A DNA stretch of 63,717 nt, counting the filler, from Cercozoa sp. M6MM (lineage: Eukaryota; Protista; Endomyxa: Ascetosporea), in NCBI GenBank assembly GCA_040357565.1. It is 8 parts of 8 records of this genome, joined end to end, with 100 filler letters (N's around TTAATTAATTAA, not from the genome) between each part and the next. Parts side by side here need not be neighbours in the genome. Positions count along the whole stretch, not along the records: positions 42,115 to 58,306 come from JBDODJ010000292.1; positions 58,407 to 61,036 come from JBDODJ010001727.1; positions 61,137 to 62,596 come from JBDODJ010002024.1; positions 62,697 to 63,717 come from JBDODJ010002222.1; 4 more parts are not named here. The stretch is one strand, 5' to 3'. This document shows positions 53,944 to 63,717 of the stretch, piece after piece; position 1 is the first letter of the stretch, and each line of letters starts with the position of its first letter. Below the pieces are notes generated by a model. The model saw only the letters and a program-made list of their open reading frames with translations. It did no database searches and was not told the origin of the DNA. The position numbers were made by a program, and so were the translations under genes.

Positions 53944-54758
53944 ACTTCGTCATTCCCGTCAGTACAGTACCTGTATTTTTTGCTTTCTAACACAGAAGAA
54001 TCATTGATTTGCTTTTGTGCAGCTATCAACGCCTGCGCATGCGATGTGCCGTGTTGAAATATACACTAAAACGCCAGTTTAAATAGCCGGCTTCCAGTGG
54101 GAAAACTCCCTCAACTGAAGCAAAACAAAAATTGACGTATCTGAAGTCCTCCGATCTGAAGCGACAACTGAACGCGACGCCATTTGTCATGTGTCGTTAA
54201 CGTACCTAACTGAACGATACGATAAGAGCGGTGATAAGAGCGGCGGGGTAATGCCAACTAAACACACCGCCAAATTTTAGAGGGTTTCACCGTCGCGTCG
54301 GATACGGACTAATCTTAATAGCACATCCGGCCGGAGATGAGATTAAGTGATTGTATTGTTACCGCAGCCTTTCAGAAATTGAGGCTTTGGGAGTACAAAA
54401 AGAGTACTATGCCAGGAAAAAGACTAAAGAAACAAATGGAATCGATGTGAAGAAGAATTGAGTCAGTAGACGTAGTCAGTTCAGATGTAGTGACCCCAAG
54501 ATAGGGTCGGCAAAGTACAGGAAGTAGACTGGTCGGGAAGGATGAGAGGCCCGGTAGTCAGAAGAAGGAAGGAAGGAGAAGGAGGGACGTAAAGGAGAAA
54601 AAGAAAGGCTCTCTGTGCTGGTGAGTAGAGAGCCTTTTCAGGAAAGGAGCAAAATCTTGCTCTTTCGAGGTCAGTCAGACAAACACAATACACCACACGT
54701 CTCAAAGTGCTTAATGAATAGCTTTCTTCCACGCGGAGCACCAGAACTCAGACAGATC

Positions 54759-55111
54759 GGGAATCCTCCCCTATCGTCGGGTAAAAATAGTGAGCCCATG
54801 AAAAAACCTGTCGCGAAGCAAGCTATTTTTACCTTTAGTGGAGCCTGGACATGTGTAGTGGTTGTCTAGGCATCACTGAACTACTGGACGCTAGTTTGTC
54901 AAATTCTCATGTTTTTTTCAACCAATTTACCCGATTTTCACTCGACGCGCCCCGATCGCTAATGATGCTCCGCACACGGCTAGTGTATTTACAGAGCACA
55001 TACTGGGGATCAGTGAAACGTGCTATCTTTCTATACTGATCAACATCATATCTGCTTGTTGGCTCAGTTTTATGGGCTCACTATTTTACCCGACGATACG
55101 GTAGGATTCCC
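54759..55111. mobile_element. MITE-like or long fold-back element with ~45-bp imperfect terminal inverted repeats
   Basis: GGGAATCCTCCCCTATCGTCGGGTAAAAATAGTGAGCCCATGAAA is inverted at 55068-55111. The flanks AGACAGATC and AGACAAAGATC resemble a degenerate TSD. Confidence 0.55.
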
Positions 55112-55202
55112 AGACAAAGATCTGACCGGCCGGATGGAGAATACCGTTTCGTAACAGTATTGGACACGAAACTGAAAGGCCGAGCAGTTCGGCGAAGTCA
55201 AA

Positions 55203-58200
55203 TTACATCGGCTCAAAGTGTTTGAGCTCGGCCGGCCTCTCCTCGTGCACCTCGCGCATCAGCGGTGCCATCTCCCTCTCGCTACTCAACATTGACCCCG
55301 CATTATTCAGGACACACACCCACCCACACCCACCCACACACACACACGCACACACACACGCACACGCACACGCACACACGCACAGAAAGTACAGACAGAG
55401 AACTACCTGTGTTGTTGCTTGGGTTCAGGCAACAAGGCAGGTTGCGCTGCCTCCTCCTGTTTCTGCTGTTGCTTGCGCATCTTGATCAGCTTGTTCTCAA
55501 CACTGCATACAGGCATTTACAAGGATAGGTAGAGCCCAGGAGGGCTAGATGAATAAGCATGTGTAGATTAAGAAAGCACCTGCGCGGCGTGCGACCGAGC
55601 TGCTCGGCGAGCTGCTGCACTTCGGAGTACGTGGCACGAATCGCGTGTCCGCGCGGCCACTCGGCCAGGAAGGCGCGCAGGAGTTCCTCGTCGTCCGCGC
55701 TGAACTTGGTGGCGTTGAGTCTCTGTACAAGTACACATATATATACCTCTATGTACATAACAACTAGTAGAAGAGTGAGGAACCGACTGCTCGGCCTTGG
55801 CATGCTCCTGTCGCTTCTGCAGTGCCTCCTCGAAGGAGAGCAGCGTCTGCTTTCGCATGCGCTGCACGTCGCGGTAGATACGCTTGCGTAGCTTGACCGG
55901 GATCTTCTTCATCACATTAGGACGCTCCGGGTAGGGCCACAGGTCGCCCCACCGTGACTACAGAAACACAGGGGTATATTGGCGGATGTTGGATCACCAA
56001 GGATACAAATAGACATACCTTGCGTGCCAGCTTGTAGCCCCACTCGTTGCCGTGTGACTTGGCCACAATGCGACGCTCCAACTCTCCTCTGGCTGTAGAA
56101 CGGGAAGGGAGTAAAATGAAAGTCATAAAGCTTGGGAGGGGGGTAAGAAGAAACTACCCGTGCACAACTGCATGTAGGTGTGTCCACCACGCTTGCGCGG
56201 AGGCAGGATCTGTCTCGCCCAGGTAAACGAGTGTCGTTGCAGTTCCTGTCCAACAAGCACACAGAGGAATATACAAAAAACGTAAACCTAGCAGAGAGGA
56301 GACACTACATGTCGGTCCATAAGGTTCTCATTGATCTGCTCGGCATTCTTCCAAGCGGCCTTCTGCTTGCGCACCTGCCCGAAAAAAGCCAATCAGTCAA
56401 AAAAGACCATCACCCTTTTTGGTGTGTGCACTCAAAACAAAGTGATCTAAACGCACCTTGGGCGAGTAACGACCGTAATCAGCGGGTCCTTTGCGCAGCA
56501 CACAGTACGAGTACTTGAAGACCACGTTGTTCTGGTGGATCGCCGCTGCCGATCAAGCAAAAAAGAAAATAAAAGGGAAACAGACAAATACAAGAATGCA
56601 AAAAAAAAGTACAGCGAGCAGCGCTTTTGCGCGGAATGTTGCGCAATGCCATGCGCGATTGCTTGGGCAGTCCATGACGTGACACCTGTGAGTGTAAATT
56701 AAGGAAGAGTAAGTGAGTGTGAAGTCAAACGAAATAAAAAAGTCCGAAAACTACCTTCTGTGCGAAGTGGCACCAGCGCGAGATCTTGTTGAGTCGCTTG
56801 CCTAAAGCATGTTAGATACGGCATTCCAGGCGCTTTCACGGCGTTTAAGGCGTAACTACCTTCGGTCTTGGCCTCGATCGAATTCAAGAGCACAGGACAC
56901 ATAAGATCGTGTGCACACGGTGCCACGACACTCGCAGCGTCCTGTGGGACATTAATGCACTCGGGTGGATACACTGGGAGACGCACTAGGTGAGGATACC
57001 TTGGACAGTGACAGGTTGCTGTTTTGTTCGGTGATCTCCTGCACAATGTTGCCATCCTTGTCAACAACGCCCTCCTCGGTCACGGTCACTGTGGGCGGGT
57101 GCTCCGACAGCAGGTACTGTCGGGCCGCCTGGATCAGCGTGCCGCCGGCAACACTCGAGGCCTCAACCAGCACCAGGTAGCCACCTGGTCGCAGGACCTG
57201 ACCAAATAGACCAGGGTATGATTGTACCCAGTACAGGCAAATGCACTGTGCAAATGTACACTCCACATGTCTCTCAGCAGACGCGTACGGCCGGCATGAT
57301 CGTTGCCGAACTCGCTCAGAGTGAAGGCGCAGGTCACCAGATCCTGGCCGTTCAAGTGACGGTTGCCGCGTACGTTGTCGTACCTGTTCCCCCAAGTCAG
57401 CGTCACAGACAAATGCCAAAAACGAGAAACTAAGCAAAAGGCAAAACGGTACCACTGCACATCAACAGCGCCGTGTTGTCGACGCACCTTGGCACTCGTG
57501 TTGTGCGGATTCACATCGTCGGGCAGCAGACCTGTTCAATACATGCAGCCTTAATTGTTTACTCAGCTCATAACTTTAAGCCCTCTTAACTGCGTCCTCC
57601 GCCTTAAGTGTGTACCTCTCTGGAGTGGCGCCAGCAGTGTGCGGCCCGTGTCGCGCATGGCCGGATTCGGCTCAATGCACTGCACACGCTTGAACGACGG
57701 CAGCGGCACATCTACGGGGGAGGTAAGAGGGTTAAAGGAGGGAGGGAGGGAGGTAAGAGGGTTAAAGGAGGGGGGTTTAGTACCCTCGCGTGCCTGGCGT
57801 GCCTGTCGTAGCAGCTGCGCCAATCGCTGCTTCTTGCCTTCGATCTCTTGTTTGAGCTCGTGCTTCTGCTGTTCGTCCTCGCTGTCGTCCGCTGCGTCCA
57901 GGAGCGCCTCCAACTCGGCCATCAACTGACGCACTTCGTGTTCCTGTCACATACGCACACATGGCAACATTGTTCAGACAGACACTGACACAGGTACGAG
58001 ACACTGGGCAGTAGTACCCTAAGCTTCTCACTGCGCGTCCACTGTGCCGGTCGCAGCCAGCCAAACACCTCATGTGCAGCCCAGGCTATGTTTTGCATTT
58101 TCATACTCCGCGCGGACACACACAGCAAGGAAACACACCAGCCGAGCCCACGCCGGCGCCGACGTCGAGGACACCCGACGGACGGAAGTCCACGTCCTGT

Positions 58201-58215
58201 ATGACACCGGGGCAT
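55203..58215 (-). CDS. Rsm22/METTL17-like mitoribosome SSU methyltransferase-fold protein
   Basis: DLVTCAFTLSE, GGYLVLVE, VVAPCAHDLMCP, WCHFAQ, FKYSYCVLRK, GELERRIVAKSHG..GYKLARK. Confidence 0.85.
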
Positions 58216-58257
58216 GAAATGTAGGGGGTTTAGGCAGGGGGAACACTGTGTGTGTGC

Positions 58258-58306
<49 letters not shown>

Positions 58307-58406
58307 NNNNNNNNNNNNNNNNNNNNNNNNNNNNNNNNNNNNNNNNNNNNTTAATTAATTAANNNNNNNNNNNNNNNNNNNNNNNNNNNNNNNNNNNNNN
58401 NNNNNN

Positions 58407-58830
58407 ATAGGGGGGGTAAATAGGGGGGGTAAACAGGGGGGTAAACAGGGGGGTAAACAGGGGGGTAAAACCGCCATTCGTCGCAATCGCCGACATCGAC
58501 AGCGTCGTCAGAACAATCACCAGTCCGGCCAAACCAATACTGTTGGGGGGGGGGGGTAAATAGGGGGGTAAATAGGGAGGGTAAATAGGGGGGTAAATAG
58601 GGGGTAAATAGGGGGGTAAATCGGGTGGTAAACAGGGGGTAAATAGGGGGGTAAATAGGGTGGTAAATAGGGGGGTAAACAGGGGGGTAAAGCAAGCACA
58701 CATGGCAAACGTCAGCAGCCAGCCGGCCTTTCCGACGATCCAGCCGAGTCGCAGAAACATAATCACGCCGAACACGTTCAGCAGACCTGTCTCAGGGGGG
58801 TAAAGGGGGGTAAAGGGGGGTAAGAAGGGG
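58407..58830. repeat. Intronic telomere-like G5-6TAAA(C/T)A repeats
   Basis: Tandem AGGGGGGTAAAC/T units between SLC12 exons; the same family occurs at 1-90, 1490-1660, 28340-28430, 38130-38900 and 62090-63717. Confidence 0.9.
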
Positions 58831-59313
58831 GTACAGTTCGCAAACACGCCATCCCACGTGCCGAACTTCTTGTCCTACGGGGGGGGGGGTAGAGAGTTAC
58901 AAAACAAGGGAATGAGATAAAACAACGGGTAGAAATGAAGGGGGGTAAGAGAGTAGGGATAAAACTAACATCCGACTGAGCCAGTGCAGGTTCCTCGAAT
59001 TCCTCGTTTCGTACATTGTCGTATTCGCTTCTGTACCCCAAAAAAACCGTGTTGTATTTTCGCGTGTTCATACAAAAAAAGCACGTTTGAACGTTATTTC
59101 GAATCGTCGGGTCGAAAACATCAGTGATCCGGTGTCGCAGGCCCCTAGATGTATTATTTCTTCTTTTTGATTCCTTTGTATTTGTCCATGCAATAACACA
59201 ACAAAAACAGCCCACCTGAACTCTTCTTCGTCCAGATGGATCGTTCTATCGTAGTGTCGAATGGTCAAACCCGGCTCCCATGGGTCCAGCACCGACGGGT
59301 CTGCATCAAACAC
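58471..59313 (-). CDS. SLC12 cation-chloride cotransporter family, N-terminal part (truncated at gap)
   Basis: [30 protein letters not shown]...[13 protein letters not shown]. Confidence 0.9.
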
Positions 59314-59908
59314 GACTCAGTCCAGTACAGATAGAGGACAGAGAGAAAGATGACTGCACATTTTGCTGCTCCGAAATTCACGGTGCGCGCGTTTTCATCT
59401 ATCGGCGGTAGCTCTGTTAGTGCGATTTCATCCTAACCGGAGCCACTTGGTGACAGCAATGACACAACCCCAAACACGCAACAAGTGAAAAACGTCGCAC
59501 CCACAATTGCACACTGCGTGAAACGCATTTAAACCCGCGCGAACAGTGTCAGATTACATGCAATACCCCGTCTGATCCACGCATGACTCCATACGAACTC
59601 GAGAGATAACACAATAACAAAAATTATGACGGTCGACACTTCTTTTCTCAGGTCTTGGTGACGTGTTTTGGGTTTGCAGAGTCGCCTCTTTCTCGGGGGT
59701 CTGTTTTGCCGGAAGTGGGACTCAGTCATGTGTTGTGCAGGCAGCCGAGGGTATCAAACTAGTCTCATTTGATTAATTTATGACTTGCGCGCGGCGCGGA
59801 TGCAGTCGGTTTCAGGTGCCAGCGCAGTTTTGACCAAATCCCGCTAAGCTTGAGTCCATAGCGGCTCTAACAGATTCCAGTGCGTTATCTCAGAGTGTAA
59901 ACACCGCG

Positions 59909-60961
59909 ATGCCTGCCAGGCGATCCAACAACGTCCTTGTATGGATCGTGCTTTTTGTGGTGTCTTCGGGCCGTGGCTCGGGAGCACAAGACGTCACCTT
60001 GAATTTCTCTGTGCGAACAGTCGATTTCTTCGGACCCTACTATAGAAATATGACAAAACTCATCGCCGACGAGGTAATAATATTATTCCGCACTGTACAT
60101 TTAGACCTTAGCTGTAAGTTTAATGCCTGGTGATCATTCTAATTTAGCACAACACTCTTGTGGACGCCGGTCAGGCCGCAACCCGCTACAAGGTGCGGTG
60201 TTCAGTATTTTCATAATAGTATTCGATCACCGTATCGTTTCTTAGATGAACTTTGATGTCGCAACTTTTTCGCTTGATTATGCCGCTCCAGGGGTAAATT
60301 TTGCAGTTTAGAACCGCACCATTTCCTTGTTTCAGTTGCCTGTCGCTATATCGTTTCAATAACTGAACGGGATCCTAACCTCCTGTAAATTTAGTCGCTG
60401 AACGAGACGATGCAGTTGTATCTCCAAGATACAGCAGATTCCGTGAACAACTACTTAGCGTCATGCCTGCCGGTGTACGAATCGGTGCTCGACGCCAAGC
60501 TAGACGCTCATCGCGCTCTTAACATCTCAAAGTCGCCGCTGCCATTAATCAGTCCGCACGGTTCTCGACTGGAGTCACGTATGCGCCACGAAGAAGAGAT
60601 TATTTGGCTCAGAAGCTCGACAGGAGGTCAGTTGCGAAGCCCACTTTTTACCCTGAACATGCATCAACAGCACATCAATTATTGAGATTATGTGTAAATC
60701 TTATGATGCAAACTTTAGATGAAATACCCGCTTTGGTTGGTGCGACGATTCTCCTTAGAACGCATTTGAATGACTTCTTGGTTTTTACCTGGTAAATTTA
60801 GATCTCGCGTACTCGAGACTAGGCACTCGAAAGTTTGGAATCTTGTACGAGATGGAGGTGAGTGCTTCCGTATGGTATTTGCGATCATGGGTACGCGAGA
60901 TTACGCTTCCAGCCGACATATTACGAGGCGCGCACTGCGGCGGGCGTTGCGTTGGGATTAA
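59909..60961 (+). CDS. Hypothetical signal-peptide protein, multi-exon
   Basis: Hydrophobic N-terminus (VLVWIVLFVVSS); short GT-AG introns; ORF 60410-60685. Confidence 0.4.
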
Positions 60962-60988
60962 TCGAGAGGTGATTTACTATTAGTGTGT

Positions 60989-61036
<48 letters not shown>

Positions 61037-61197
61037 NNNNNNNNNNNNNNNNNNNNNNNNNNNNNNNNNNNNNNNNNNNNTTAATTAATTAANNNNNNNN
61101 NNNNNNNNNNNNNNNNNNNNNNNNNNNNNNNNNNNNTGCTCTTTTCCCGTGTTTTTCGCCCCCATTTAACCCCCTGTTTACCCCCCCCCCCCGACAG

Positions 61198-63337
61198 CGC
61201 TGCACGGCAGCAGTTTCCGCCGCGTGTTTTCGTCGCGTCTGTCGCGTCTGCTGAGCGAGTCGCAGAGTAGGCCCGCTTCCTGAGTGAGCACGTGTGGCCA
61301 CGTGGCCGACACGTGTGTGTGACTGGGTGGGTGACTGGGTGAGTGACTGGGTGAGCACGTGCACCACGTGCGCAGAGCACAAGCCGCTGCTGCGCGTGAA
61401 CGTGCTGATGCGCCGCGTGTTTCACCACGACGCCGAGTCGCAGGTGGCCAACGCCGTCGACATCTCGGTACGCACGTGTCCCTCCCCGGGGGTCACTCTG
61501 ACCTGCTGAGTGAGTGACCACGTGAGTGACCACTTGAGTGACCACGTGAGTGACCTGACTGGGTACGTGTGCGCAGTTGAGCTGCATTCTGCGCAACCTG
61601 CATGCCGACATCGACACTGGTACTCTCTCTCCGATCGATCAGCGTGGTCCCTCTGATCGATCACTCTAATCGATCACTCTGATCGATCACTCTGGCTGAC
61701 TGGGACACGTGTGTGACACCTCCTCAGGCTCGCGCAGTCTGCCGGACCGCGACAGCGAGAGCAAAAATCGCGCCGCCGCTTCCGCCGAGTCGCACGTGGG
61801 CCTGCCGCGTCGCAGAGGTACCGTCCCTCCCCGTCTCGCACTGGCACGTGTCCGCGCGGTTCCTGCTGACTGGGCCACGTGCCCCTGTGGGTGTCACACG
61901 TGTCTGTGTGTGTGAGTGCAGCCCTGCAGGCGGAGGATTTCGCCTCGTCGAATCCGCTGCCGCCGTCGCTGACGTCGCTGGTGCAGGTTTNNNNNNNNNN
62001 NNNNNNNNNNNNNNNNNNNNNNNNNNNNNNNNNNNNNNNNNNNNNNNNNNNNNNNNNNNNNNNNNNNNNNNNNNNNNNNNNNNNNNNNNNGTTACCCCTT
62101 GTGTGTTCACCTCTTGTGTTTTACCCCCCTCGTGCGCAGTTCATGACGGACGTGGGCGAGGCGTACAAGAAGATGTGTCTGCGGCGCTGGTCGTCGTACA
62201 CTTGCGTTTATGCCCCTCTGCTTACCCCCCTCTGCTTACCCCCCTCTGCTTACCCCTCCTGTTTACCCCTTCACCCTGTGGCAGGGTCGAGCTGATCCGA
62301 GGCTACCTGGCGCCCTTCGTGGAGGGCTGTCTGCAGGGCATCCAGGAGTCGCACAGTCCGCTCTTCCACGTGCGTATGGTACCGCCTTCTCTCTGTGTGT
62401 GGATACTTTAAGGGGGAGGGGTCCGTTTGGACCGAGGTCTGAACCAGGACTGGACTGGACCAGGACTGGACTGGACTGGGACTGTGACTTGTGTGTGCAG
62501 GTCAGCAAGCTGGCCGACATGCACTTCGCGTGGATCAACATGCCGCGCTCTGTAGTTTTACCCCCTCTTTAACCCCCCCCCGTTTACCCCCCCCCCNNNN
62601 NNNNNNNNNNNNNNNNNNNNNNNNNNNNNNNNNNNNNNNNTTAATTAATTAANNNNNNNNNNNNNNNNNNNNNNNNNNNNNNNNNNNNNNNNNNNNCCTA
62701 CCCATTTACCCCCTACCTACATACCTCTTTACCCCCTACCTACTTACCCATCTACCCCCACGCCTACCTGCCTACCTGTCTACCTACCTGTCTACCTACC
62801 TATCTACCTCCCTACCTACCTACCTAACTACCTACCTACTTATCTACATACCTACCTACCTACCTACACACCTACCTACCTACCTACATACCTACCTACC
62901 TACCTACCTACCTACATCCCTACCTACCTACCTACCCCCCCCCCCTACCCGGCAGGCCTTCCTGGGCGTGCACCCAGAGAGTGGCGCGCGGCGTCGCATG
63001 CGAGCCACGGCACTCACACCGGTGTGTACCGAGTACGTTGGTCGCTTTACCCCCCACCTCACCCCCTTACCCCCCCCCCCCCGTGCAGGTGGCAGGCGTC
63101 GCAGCAGTGGCTGCTGGCGGCGGGTCCGAGCGACGCCATCAACGTGTTCGACGTGGAACGCGCCATCCGCGTCTGCTGTCTGCGCGACTCGGTGTGTTCG
63201 CACCCTTAATTAAGGGGGTCTAATTAAAGGGCAGGGTATAATTAAGGAGGTCTTGTTAAAGGGTCTGATTCTGGGGGTCTAATTCAGGGGGTCTAATTCA
63301 GGGGGTCTGATTCTGGGGCAGGGTCTAATTAAGGGAG

Positions 63338-63396
<59 letters not shown>

Positions 63397-63717
63397 CGCA
63401 GCGACGCGGAGTGTCGGCGCTGCACTGGTCGCCCGAGCAGCCTCCGATGGTGCTTTACCCCCCTTTACCCCCTACCTCCTACCCCTACCTCTTTACCCCT
63501 TACCCACCTCCCTACCTCTACCTACCTTACCCCCCCCCCCCCGAGTGCAGGTGTTCAGCGGCACGTCGGACGGCAAGCTGCGCGTGTGGGACGTCCGTCT
63601 GCCGACGCGCAGTGGCGGCAAGGTCTCCAGCGCCGTCAAGGTGCCGGCCGATCATGGCGGCAGGTACCCTCCCCCCCTATACCCCCCTATACCCCTTACC
63701 CCCTGTTGGCAGAGGCG
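61198..63717 (+). CDS. Fragmentary multi-exon gene(s) with C-terminal WD40 repeats
   Basis: LLAAGPSDAINVFDVE, VSALHWSP, VFSGTSDGKLRVWDVR; interrupted by two gaps. Confidence 0.65.

Overview
Gene-dense, intron-rich nuclear DNA of a eukaryote, most likely a protist, using the standard genetic code. It is assembled from several contigs joined by N-TTAATTAATTAA-N linkers. About 30 spliced genes are visible. They include a JmjC/TPR protein, a YeeE/YedE sulfur transporter, NMNAT, thymidylate kinase, a Kazal-like secreted protein, a UBE2G-type E2, a Zn-ribbon SDR, two tandem Cys-rich secreted paralogues, ThrRS, MAP2K, a MYND protein, a TOG protein, ARF, PhoD, MATE, an NBR1-like protein, an Rsm22/METTL17-like protein and an SLC12 transporter. 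Three patterns are not explained by the gene list. (1) Most intergenic spacers hold dense, nested, G-U-containing stem-loop arrays of about 200-600 nt that share no obvious sequence. Their wobble polarity mostly points to the + strand, even between minus-strand genes, so they may be an undescribed set of structured RNAs. (2) 5' splice sites lack the usual GTRAGT consensus and read mostly GTAG/GTAC/GTGC. (3) Introns are filled with strand-polarised telomere-like (TTTACCCCC) and other simple repeats. Exon boundaries and folds were read by eye; no computation or database search was run.
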